A DNA stretch of 64,000 nt, taken from NCBI GenBank assembly GCA_028279595.1, contig JANQNK010000003.1, positions 96,001 through 160,000 of the forward strand, in the 5' to 3' direction. The notes beneath the pieces are model-generated. The model did no database searches. It saw only the letters and a program-made list of their open reading frames with translations, and was not told the origin of the DNA. A program made the position numbers and the translations under genes. Shown piece after piece: positions 1-12,257 of the stretch (its first letter is position 1; each line of letters opens with the position of its first letter). Source of the DNA: Thermoplasmatota archaeon (GTDB lineage: Archaea; Thermoplasmatota; JAKEGO01).

Positions 1-567
1 CGGCTTCTCGTTAACCATCCTGAACCTGAAGTCCTCGTCGGCCACCCCGCCCTTCTTCACTGATCTTATCCAGACTTCATCACCGCTGTCCATCTTGTCA
101 TTATCGTTCTTGTCGACGAAGACCACACACAGTGTTGAATTCTTGTTGACGGGAGGATCACCTGAAGGATCCCTTGAGTAGAACCTCGTACCATTTGTAG
201 TCGTGGCAATGTCGAAGTCCGTTTGATGGTACTTGATATCGCTAAGGTCCCCCTCCATGCTCAAATTCTCACCTGATGGGTCCTGCCAGGTGGTCTTTAA
301 TCGATTCAGATCCAGAATGGACCAGCTAACATCGGATGAATCCTGAGGTTCAACGTCGATGATCTCGATCAAATAGTTGCCATCCTCCACTGATACCTGC
401 CAAGCAATTGTACAGGTACCACCCTGAGATCCCGTATAATTATAATCAAAATAATAATACCAGATCATCGTGGCTGCGACAATGATTGTAACGGATATGC
501 AGATCACTGCGAATACCTGGATGGGATCCAAGTTCCCTCCCGTCTCCAACGGTCTCATCTTTGCCAT
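1..567 (-). CDS. Pilin-derived membrane-anchored surface protein, paralog 1 (3' end runs off the window)
   Basis: Translated by hand (absent from ORF track): ATG at 567 after SD GAGGTGA; MAKMRPLETGG...VFAVICISVTIIVAATMIWYYYF...TIAWQVSVEDGNYLIEIIDVEP...FYSRDPSGDPP...FVDKNDNDKMDSGDEVWIRS...DEDFRFRMVNEKP; colinear with 1564-2175. Confidence 0.8.
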   Translation of the reverse strand, partial: MAKMRPLETGGNLDPIQVFAVICISVTIIVAATMIWYYYFDYNYTGSQGGTCTIAWQVSVEDGNYLIEIIDVEPQDSSDVSWSILDLNRLKTTWQDPSGENLSMEGDLSDIKYHQTDFDIATTTNGTRFYSRDPSGDPPVNKNSTLCVVFVDKNDNDKMDSGDEVWIRSVKKGGVADEDFRFRMVNEKP

Positions 568-576
568 ATCCTCACC

Positions 577-1249
577 TCAAACAGATGGCAATACCAATTC
601 ACCATACGCATACCCAACCTTCTCATTGACCATCCTGAACCTGAAGTCCTCCTCACCATATCCGTCGTTGCTCGATGACCTTATCCAGATGACATCCCCA
701 CTACTTAGTTTTCCGTCCGAGTTCACGTCCATATATACAATTACAAGGGTTTGGTTCCTAGTCACTGGTGGATCCCCAACAGGCTCCCTTGAATAGAATT
801 TTGTCGTATTCCGTCACGTCAGCCCGATCATAGTCACTTTCTGTAAAATTGATGTCGATCAGATCCCCTTCCATTCTGATCAGTTCATTGGATGGGTCCT
901 CCCATCCTCCATAAATTCGAGTTAGATCCAAGATCGTCCAACCGACCTCGTCGAGCGGCCGTGACTCGACATCGATTATCTCTATGAGATAGTTGCCATC
1001 ATGGACTTCAACCCGCCAAGCGATTGGTGTACAATTACAAGAATCACCTGCGAATGATTGCGCCCAGACGTATATTGTCGCCAGAACGACGAGGATAATT
1101 ATCGTTACAGCGATCAGAACCACTATGACCTTCCTATTGCTCGCCTTCTGCGTGATCGGTCCATCGTACATCGAAGCCCGTTTCCAATTTTTATCCTTCG
1201 GATGTATGGGTCCCGGCCGTCGTTTGAGCGGTGGTCTGGCCCGGGTCAT
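577..1249 (-). pseudogene. Pilin-derived surface protein, paralog 2, split by a 1-nt frameshift near 799-802
   Basis: ORFs 758-1258 and 577-765 join into one full-length paralog (YDK-FYSREPVGDPP) if one A of the AAAA run is removed; N-terminal TM ends in IYVWAQSF; SD GAGGTG precedes ATG at 1249. Confidence 0.75.
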
Positions 1250-1563
1250 GACGGGCACCTCTCCATTAAGTCATTGCGGGACCTCCAGCTGCGCTGAAAG
1301 TAAGAGCCCGGGCGATCCAGGTGTATGCAACCGCCAACAAAAAAAGGTGGTGAGGTGAACAAGACGGCTATCATCGGACTGCTGTTCCCTCTTCGCCCTC
1401 GGGGTCCTCGCGTGTGCGGCCTGGGTCCTACTCGCCAGTACGTGGTCGTGTGCCTTTTTCCGCGAGAACTTCCCTTCAAGGCTGCCTGCTCATCCTGCCT
1501 CATGGGAGGTCCCGTTTTTATTACAAACTCGGTGTATTAATAATTAATCGAGGGAAATGTCAT

Positions 1564-2175
1564 TCAGGTCGGTGGTAGAGTAATGTCGCCGATCGCTTCC
1601 CCCCTCGATTCATCGATCAATCGGAACCGGTAGTCCTCGTCGGCCGCTCCGCCGTTGTCCATCGACCTTATCCATATGACATCCCCGCTCCCGATCCGGT
1701 GGTCCCCGTCGACATCCATGAAGACGATGCAAAGCGTAACATTCGTGCTCTTTGGTGGGTCCCCGACGGGTTCTCGTGAATAGAATGTGTTGTATGGCCG
1801 GGTATCGGCGGTGTCGTAATCGGACTGTACGAAATTGATATCGTCCAATCCTCCTTCGATTCTGATAGACTCTCCGTCCGGGTCGTCCCAGTTGGCCACC
1901 AGAAAGTTGATATTGAGGACGGTGAACCCGACATCATCGAGGTCCATGGGATCGAATTGTATGATCTCCACGATGTAATTGTCTCCCTCTACAGAGACCA
2001 TCCATGCTATCGTTGTAACCTCGCCATTGTCGCCGTACCCGCCATCGGAAGGATCCCCGTCTCCGCCGTCCATCCAGAAATAATAGAGAGCTCCCAGGGC
2101 TATCCCGGTGATGATGTATGCGACGATCAGTATCCCTGCTGTCGAAGCGATCACGTCGTCCCTTAACCTGAACAT
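1564..2175 (-). CDS. Pilin-derived membrane-anchored surface protein, paralog 3
   Basis: N-terminal TM, acidic extracellular domain, DVDGDHRIGSGD Ca-binding-like motif; homologous to both neighbours. Confidence 0.8.
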   Translation of the reverse strand: MFRLRDDVIASTAGILIVAYIITGIALGALYYFWMDGGDGDPSDGGYGDNGEVTTIAWMVSVEGDNYIVEIIQFDPMDLDDVGFTVLNINFLVANWDDPDGESIRIEGGLDDINFVQSDYDTADTRPYNTFYSREPVGDPPKSTNVTLCIVFMDVDGDHRIGSGDVIWIRSMDNGGAADEDYRFRLIDESRGEAIGDITLPPT

Positions 2176-2223
2176 ATCGGTCCCTGGAGAATGGAAAGAC
2201 CTGGTTTCCTAAAAGGATTTTCC

Positions 2224-2484
2224 TCATACGTACTTCTTGCAGTATTCGCAGAACCAGGATACGAACTCGTCGTCGAAAGTGACCTCGTTCCCGCAATTGG
2301 GGCAGGTCCGCCCCCTGTCCTTCCTCGGGACCACCGGCTCCGTATCGATGTCGATCTCGATGTTCGGCAACGATGGAACTATCCCTGGAAGTGGCGCCCC
2401 CTCCTCGTTCCTCGCCCCGCAGACAGGGCACTTGGTTGCTCCGGCCAGTGCGGCCCCGCACTCGATGCATGATATCGGCTGCAA
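2224..2484 (-). CDS. Small soluble double zinc-ribbon protein
   Basis: CIECG..CPVCG and CPNCG..WFCEYCKKYV. Confidence 0.8.
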   Translation of the reverse strand: MQPISCIECGAALAGATKCPVCGARNEEGAPLPGIVPSLPNIEIDIDTEPVVPRKDRGRTCPNCGNEVTFDDEFVSWFCEYCKKYV

Positions 2485-2546
2485 TCGCTCGACCTCGCGT
2501 TGTGATGGATAGGGACAACTCGCTTAAGACATTCCCGGTGGAAGGT

Positions 2547-3761
2547 TCAGATGTACTTGTAGCAGCCGTCGCACCACCAACGGTCGTACTGCTCGATATA
2601 CCTCGTTTCCTTTCCACAGGTCCCGCATGTGTGATCGACGACCTGCGGTGTGCCGATATCGAAGACGTCCATGGCCGGCTCAGCGGCAGGGGCGCGTCTC
2701 GGCTCGCCGTAGGTCGCTGTCCTGTACGGGTCCTGATATTGTGGTGCATAACCCTGGGAATAGGCTGGCGCGGGTCCGGCATCCCTGTACGGATCGGGTC
2801 CCGGTCCGGCCTCCGCATACCTCTTCATCGCAATGCTCTCGGTGAGTTCGTCCTCCCCGACGGCGTTCCGGTGAAGTGCGATGCTGACAAGGAAGAAGAC
2901 GGCTGACACGAAGGTCAGATACCAACCGACATCAGGTCGCCATTTCGATCCCACGTCCGCGGGGGTCCCGTCAATATCTATTGTCGCGGAGTCCTCTCCA
3001 GAGAACGACTTGTGTGGACCGTCATCGAACATGAACTCCAGCAACGGATTGTCGGTCGATCCCTCTCCCTCGACCTCATCCTCCCATGCGTTCGGATGGG
3101 ATGCCATGAAATATCCAGCTGCAACGAGGGTCACGAGGACCGTAAGGATCCCCAGGATGATCGGAAGCCTCTTCAACACCAGGTTCCGACCGCCGGCCAC
3201 CCCGGCAGCGATGATGAAGATCATGGTCAGGAGGCCCAGGATGACGGCACCTGTCATGATGGCCCTGGTGTTCTCGTAGACCTCCTTGACCTCCCCCGTA
3301 TTGATATCGTCCCAGTCCTGTGACTGGCTCTCGGATATTTGTTCGCCGTCGCCTGAGCCCTCGAGCCTCAACGTCATCTCCTCGAGGCTCATCTCGACGT
3401 CCATGTCGAGCTCGACATAGACGCCTCCCTCCTCGGCCTCTATGGATATCGTCCACAGGTACCACGAGGTCCAGAACGATGCCAGGAGCAGGATGAAGGC
3501 CAGTATCGCGAAGATGGTCGCCATGGTGAACCGCTTGCTATTCTCACCGGAGAATCCGACCATCGGACGGCTCGGCCCGTATCGCGGTGGGTAGTTACCA
3601 TAACTCTGGCCATAAGGCTGTCCATACGGTTGCGAGTAGGGCCGCGACTGCGGCGACCCGCAACTCGGGCACATGGTCGCATCCCACGACAGCGGTATAC
3701 CGCAGCCTGAACAGTAGCGTTCGGTGGTCTGTCCGTTGGTCAACTGGTTCCCCTCTGCCAC
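2547..3761 (-). CDS. 4-TM membrane protein with N- and C-terminal zinc ribbons and Pro/Tyr/Gln-rich linkers
   Basis: CSGCG..CPSCG, QPYG repeats, four hydrophobic segments, CGTCG..WWCDGCYKYI. Confidence 0.8.
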   Translation of the reverse strand: MAEGNQLTNGQTTERYCSGCGIPLSWDATMCPSCGSPQSRPYSQPYGQPYGQSYGNYPPRYGPSRPMVGFSGENSKRFTMATIFAILAFILLLASFWTSWYLWTISIEAEEGGVYVELDMDVEMSLEEMTLRLEGSGDGEQISESQSQDWDDINTGEVKEVYENTRAIMTGAVILGLLTMIFIIAAGVAGGRNLVLKRLPIILGILTVLVTLVAAGYFMASHPNAWEDEVEGEGSTDNPLLEFMFDDGPHKSFSGEDSATIDIDGTPADVGSKWRPDVGWYLTFVSAVFFLVSIALHRNAVGEDELTESIAMKRYAEAGPGPDPYRDAGPAPAYSQGYAPQYQDPYRTATYGEPRRAPAAEPAMDVFDIGTPQVVDHTCGTCGKETRYIEQYDRWWCDGCYKYI

Positions 3762-3808
3762 TTGATATCTGCTCTAATTATTAACGTTTATGGAATCCGT
3801 TGATACGG

Positions 3809-4009
3809 TCATCCAACGTACTCCTTGCAGTTGTCGCAGTACCAGACCACGATCGACGGCACGAACCTGACGTACTTCCCGCACTTGGGGCAGGTGCGGC
3901 TGGCCTGGTTGAACTCCTCCTTCTTGGGAGCCGGGGCTGACCCGCAAGCGGGGCACGTGTCGGCGCCGACCCATGAGACGCCGCATTTCGAACACGTCGA
4001 TGGTTCCAT
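3809..4009 (-). CDS. Small soluble double zinc-ribbon protein (paralog of 2224-2484)
   Basis: CSKCG..CPACG and RTCPKCG..WYCDNCKEYV; TATA-like motif at 4037-4047. Confidence 0.8.
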   Translation of the reverse strand: MEPSTCSKCGVSWVGADTCPACGSAPAPKKEEFNQASRTCPKCGKYVRFVPSIVVWYCDNCKEYVG

Positions 4010-4039
4010 ACTGTTCCGAGAGAATCATTGATGGGGTAA

Positions 4040-7747
<3,708 letters not shown>

Positions 7748-7801
7748 CCGCTATCCTGGAACGTCGGTCAGGGAGACATTTCCGAAATGGTAGTGTGAGC
7801 T

Positions 7802-8722
7802 CTAGATCCGTCCGTCGGACTTCAGGGCCCTGATCGTGTCGCTGATGTGCTCGGTCTCGAGCTTCCCGGTGTCTTCCTTCGCCACCCTTTCGGAGGTCAT
7901 CCGGGGAACGTCCTTGATGACATGCCATGGGACCTTGACGAGGTAGGGCGTCCTGAGGTTGTGCGGGTGCCCGAAGGCCATCAGCTCGCCGGCGTGGTTG
8001 CCGTGGTCCGCAGTTGCGATGACCTTCCCTGTCATGTGCTCGAGAAGCTTGTCGACCTCGCCCATGACGAGGTCCAGGTTCTTCGTGTATCCGCTCCAGA
8101 CCCGGTCCATGGGGACGGCCCCCTCCTTGGCGACCTTCCAGATCCCCTTCTTGTCGACCTCCTCGAGGGCGTCGTCGACGGAATGGAACGTGCCAGCATC
8201 CACCCTGACGAGCTCTGCGTCGGCGATGAACGGGTGATGAGGTTGATTGTAATGGACGATGAGCCGCTTGTCCGGGTAACGGTTCAAGGCCTCGATCGCG
8301 GCAAGGGTCACTTCCTCGGGCGGCACGGTCTTCAGGTCGGCCGACCAGCCGAAGTCCCAGACATCGATGACCTTGTGGAACGGGACCCTTCCGAAGGTGC
8401 GTTTCAGATGGGTGGTGGCAAGGTGCGGGTTGCCTGCGATGTACACGATGTCCTTGCACTTGCCGCCGAAGTTCCATTCGGACCATTCCTGGGTCTCGCT
8501 GCCGCCTGAGACCTTCCATGGTACATCCATCTCGAGCCTGTCTGAGTACATGTCGTACCTGCAGGCGTCCAGAAGGATCAGGTGGTCCCACTCCTCCTCA
8601 ACGACCTTGACAGCATTGGCCTTGGAGAACTTGCGATAGCGCAGCCTGGCGTATCGTCTCAGGAATCGGATGTAGTTCCGATACAAGCCCTCCCATCCGA
8701 GGCGCTTCCAAGGGTTCACCAT
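7802..8722 (-). CDS. Alkaline phosphatase/sulfatase superfamily protein
   Basis: LILLDACRYD, QPHHPF, TADHG and FGHP metal-binding motifs. Confidence 0.75.
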   Translation of the reverse strand: MVNPWKRLGWEGLYRNYIRFLRRYARLRYRKFSKANAVKVVEEEWDHLILLDACRYDMYSDRLEMDVPWKVSGGSETQEWSEWNFGGKCKDIVYIAGNPHLATTHLKRTFGRVPFHKVIDVWDFGWSADLKTVPPEEVTLAAIEALNRYPDKRLIVHYNQPHHPFIADAELVRVDAGTFHSVDDALEEVDKKGIWKVAKEGAVPMDRVWSGYTKNLDLVMGEVDKLLEHMTGKVIATADHGNHAGELMAFGHPHNLRTPYLVKVPWHVIKDVPRMTSERVAKEDTGKLETEHISDTIRALKSDGRI

Positions 8723-8801
8723 CTCGGCCGCTCCTGGTCAACGAATTCCAAGTCCGTTATTAACGTTAACTGTCGGGCCAGATGTCTCGGACGGTTTAAC
8801 G

Positions 8802-8845
8802 ACGCGCGCGACGCCGTCCCCGGGAGGCGTCAATGCGTGTCGCGT
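8802..8845. repeat. Dispersed imperfect palindrome, diverged copy C
   Basis: acgcgcgcgacgcc-gtccccggga-ggcgtcaatgcgtgtcgcg resembles copies A and B. Confidence 0.4.
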
Positions 8846-8872
8846 TCGTCATCGAGGGTCTGCCCGTGGTAT

Positions 8873-10144
8873 CTATAGGAGCATCACTGCCAGCGTCAGG
8901 ATCGTGGCGTTGGCGAGGAGGTCCATCGTGCTAGTTATCATCGGTACGACGACGTTGTCCGGATCGTAGCCGATCCGGATCGCGAAATAGGTGACGTAGT
9001 ATGCCAGCAGGACCGCCGCTGCGGAGACCACTGTCCCAGCCATTATCGTCAGCATCACGAACGGAGGCATAGCGGGTGTGCCGATCCCGATGGCGAGCGC
9101 AAGCGTTCCGGCGATGGTGCCAGTGAAGGGCAGTATGATCAGTCCGACGAGGAACATGGCCGCCAGGTTGGTCCTTCCGAGCGCGTCCGGCCTGTGTCCG
9201 ATCCTTGTCAGGCCCATGTAGTTCGCCGAGGAAAGCCTAGCTGCCAGGATACTCCCGATGTTGCCCGCCGCGACATTGAACGGCGGCAGCAGGACCAGGA
9301 TGGCGGGATACTCGAAGATCAGGTCCTGGAACGTCATGAGAAGGAGTCCGGATGCGATCATTATCAGGGCGCTCGAAGTGAGGAACGGCGTCGACTGGCC
9401 CATCATCCTGCGAACGTCCCTGTCCCTGAGCAGGGCGGCCGACGCGAGGGTGGCCAGTACCAGGACGATCCCAGTCAATTCGATGGTGGAGGCCGGCAGG
9501 ACGATGACGAGGTATCCCGCTGCAATGATGCTTGGCACGGCGATCAGGTCTCCCATGGCCGTGACCATGGGAACCGTCACGTTATCGGGATCGAAACCGC
9601 GCCTGTAGGAAACGGTCGCCACCCCGAAGGTCGCGATGAGCAACGGGAGCGACGAGATCAGGCTCCCCATCATGGATATGAAGACCATCTCCATCGGTCC
9701 GATGGTCTCGAAACCGACCACAGCGGCCATGACAAAGCATAGCACACCAGCGACGAGCGACATCGTCAGCGTCTGGACAGCGATCACCCGGGCGCTCTGG
9801 TCCAGCGCGTGGCCACGGAACCTCGGTTCCATCTCACCCGTGTGGAGCATCGATCCGAGACGGCTGGCCAGTGCGCCGAAGATGTTCCCGCGCATCCCGA
9901 TGGCCACCGGGATCAATACGATCAGTCCGGGAAGGTCCTCCAGTATGCCGGACCAGTGGCCCAGCAGGACTCCCGCTACGAAAGCGGTCATACCGAAGGC
10001 CAGGGCAGTGCTGCTCTGAAGGAACAGGCTACGATTGGTTGAAAAGAATATCCTCAGTCTCTTTCGGCGGACGGACCTGCCGGTAACCCCGAGGGTCGAG
10101 TGATGAGCCCTTCGGACTCTCCCGTAGCCTGTGGGAGCCGGCAT
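8873..10144 (-). CDS. MgtE/SLC41-type divalent cation transporter (two MgtE membrane domains)
   Basis: PVAIGMRGN / PPFNVAAGN motifs and two DPDNV..P...D motifs; about 10 TM segments. Confidence 0.88.
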   Translation of the reverse strand: MPAPTGYGRVRRAHHSTLGVTGRSVRRKRLRIFFSTNRSLFLQSSTALAFGMTAFVAGVLLGHWSGILEDLPGLIVLIPVAIGMRGNIFGALASRLGSMLHTGEMEPRFRGHALDQSARVIAVQTLTMSLVAGVLCFVMAAVVGFETIGPMEMVFISMMGSLISSLPLLIATFGVATVSYRRGFDPDNVTVPMVTAMGDLIAVPSIIAAGYLVIVLPASTIELTGIVLVLATLASAALLRDRDVRRMMGQSTPFLTSSALIMIASGLLLMTFQDLIFEYPAILVLLPPFNVAAGNIGSILAARLSSANYMGLTRIGHRPDALGRTNLAAMFLVGLIILPFTGTIAGTLALAIGIGTPAMPPFVMLTIMAGTVVSAAAVLLAYYVTYFAIRIGYDPDNVVVPMITSTMDLLANATILTLAVMLL

Positions 10145-10289
10145 GTATATCCTCCCCGGGACCCGGCAGTGTGGTCCCGGCCTGTCCTTTCGTGTGGTTC
10201 GGATTGTTCGTCCATTTCTCTCCGCCTGTGGCTCTGGTTAACGTTCGAGTATATAAAGGGTTATGCTCAGTCCAGGACGGATCGGTGGA

Positions 10290-10312
10290 GCCTCCAGGTC
10301 CATACTGGAGGC
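10290..10312. promoter_or_regulatory. 8-bp inverted repeat between divergent promoters (candidate operator)
   Basis: gcctccag-N7-ctggaggc between TATA-like motifs near 10250-10263 (-) and 10324-10332 (+). Confidence 0.35.
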
Positions 10313-10376
10313 CAGTCCATCAATTTATTATACGGCCTGTCCCTTCGAACGTCAGGCAGCGGTCCAGGAGGATACG

Positions 10377-12257
10377 ATGGCCCGAAAGCGTTCGATGTCC
10401 AGCTTCGACATCCTGGCGGAGACCAGGGAGCTCTCCCAGCTTCAGGGCTCCTGGTTCCAGAAGGCCTACTCCCCCACTCCGGATTCGCTCCTTGTCCGTC
10501 TGCGGAAGCAGGGCGGTGAGAAGGCCTCCCTATTGATGCAGAACGGCCGTTTCATACTCGACACTTCGGACGAGATAGCGATCCCCGATTCCCCCGGACA
10601 TCTGGCCACCATGCTACGGAAGCACATCTCCAACATACCTCTCGAAAAGATAGAACAGCACGGTTTCGACCGCGTCGTCGTCCTCTCGTTCGGTCGGGAG
10701 ATGTCCGTCCAGGTGGTCCTCGAGCTCTTCGGGAAGGGGAACACGCTACTCCTCAAGGACGGCAGGATTCTCGGCCTCCAGAGGTCGGAGGTATGGAAGG
10801 ACAGGACCCTGAAGCCGGGCACCGACTACGTATTCCCGTCATCGCGTGCAGATCCGACCTCGATCGACATCGGAGGACTGAAGACCGCCCTGGAGGGCGG
10901 CCACGACCTCGTGAGAGCCCTGGCCCTCGGCCTCAACCTCGGCGGAACATACGCCGAGGAGGTATGTCTCCTCTCCGGCATCGACAAGTCGACCGCTCCG
11001 GCAGAGCTGTCGCCCGGCGATGTCGAATCCGTTTACGATGGCATCCGCGGAATAATGACCGCTCTCGACAGTCCTAGGCCCAACGTCGTCATCTCCGACG
11101 GTGAGATGGTCGACGTCCTACCGATAGTGCTCAGACGCTACGAGGACATGGAGCTCGAGTTCACCGATGACTTCAATTCAGCTCTCGACAGGTACTTCGA
11201 CCTCGAGGTGAGGGAGGAGGTCACCGTCGGCGCCGTCCGCGACGACCGCACCGTCAGGATCATGGAGAGACAGCGCATGTCCCTGGAGCAGTTCCGCAAG
11301 AGGGCGGACGAGGCACAGGCCATGGGCGACCTCATCTACGAACACTACCAGGTCTTCGACGGGGCTCTTAAAAGGGTCAACGAACTGATCTCCGACACCG
11401 ACTGGGGCGTCATGAACGGGTCGCTACCCGACGGCATCCGGGCTAAGGACAGGTTCGGTTCCATCGAGGTCAAGGTACCCGGGACCGAGACATGGGTCCC
11501 GCTTGACATCCACAAGGACATCAACGCCAACAGCGCCGGGTTCTACGATGAGGCCAAGAAACTACGCTCGAAGGCCGACGGTGCAGAGGTGGCCATCGAA
11601 AGGAAGGCCGCTGAGAGGCGTTCCGGCGTGAAACGACGGGTCCGGAGGCGGTCGTTCAAGGTCGACTTCTGGTGGGAGCGGTACAGGTGGTGCCATACCA
11701 CCGGTGGACACCTCGTCATGGGGGGCAGGGACAGGAAGACCAACGAACTCCTGGTCCGGAAGCACCTGAAGGACGGGGACATCTACGTCCACGCCGACAT
11801 CCACGGTGCGCCCTCGTGCGTCATGCAGGGCGGTGCCGAGGCCGACGACGAGGACAGACGTCAGGCCTGCGCGTTCGCGGCGATCTACTCGAAGGCATGG
11901 AACTCCGGACTCGGAAGCGTCCCCGCCTACTGGGTGACCCCTGACCAGGTCTCCAGGACCCCCGAGAGTGGAGAGTACCTCCCGAGGGGTGCATTCATAG
12001 TCCGAGGCAAGCGGAACCACTATCATCATCTCCCGATGGAGCTCTGCATCGGCAACGTCGAGGTCGAGGGGAAGGTCAAGCTCATGGGCGGACCGCGCGA
12101 GTGCGTCGAGGCAATGACGAAGACCTTCATCGTGCTGGCACCCGGCGATACGAAGAAGGAGCACGTCAAGGAGCTGGCGGACAGCCTCTCGACGTCGACC
12201 GAGGAGGTCATGAGGGTCCTTCCGGGCCCCTACAGGATCGTGTCAAGGGAGGGCTGA
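10377..12257 (+). CDS. rqcH: Ribosome quality control protein RqcH/Rqc2 (NFACT family)
   Basis: MSSFDI, QHGFDRVV, ELFGKGN, WWERYRW..GGRD...NELLV, HADIHGAP, GEYLPRGAFIVRGKRN; SD AGGAGG. Confidence 0.92.
   Translation: MARKRSMSSFDILAETRELSQLQGSWFQKAYSPTPDSLLVRLRKQGGEKASLLMQNGRFILDTSDEIAIPDSPGHLATMLRKHISNIPLEKIEQHGFDRVVVLSFGREMSVQVVLELFGKGNTLLLKDGRILGLQRSEVWKDRTLKPGTDYVFPSSRADPTSIDIGGLKTALEGGHDLVRALALGLNLGGTYAEEVCLLSGIDKSTAPAELSPGDVESVYDGIRGIMTALDSPRPNVVISDGEMVDVLPIVLRRYEDMELEFTDDFNSALDRYFDLEVREEVTVGAVRDDRTVRIMERQRMSLEQFRKRADEAQAMGDLIYEHYQVFDGALKRVNELISDTDWGVMNGSLPDGIRAKDRFGSIEVKVPGTETWVPLDIHKDINANSAGFYDEAKKLRSKADGAEVAIERKAAERRSGVKRRVRRRSFKVDFWWERYRWCHTTGGHLVMGGRDRKTNELLVRKHLKDGDIYVHADIHGAPSCVMQGGAEADDEDRRQACAFAAIYSKAWNSGLGSVPAYWVTPDQVSRTPESGEYLPRGAFIVRGKRNHYHHLPMELCIGNVEVEGKVKLMGGPRECVEAMTKTFIVLAPGDTKKEHVKELADSLSTSTEEVMRVLPGPYRIVSREG

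Noticed and set aside
1290-1350. Possible ribozyme, group II intron fragment or integron attC (ccgccaac core)
   Set aside because: No matching catalytic core, no paired attC boxes, and no integrase nearby.
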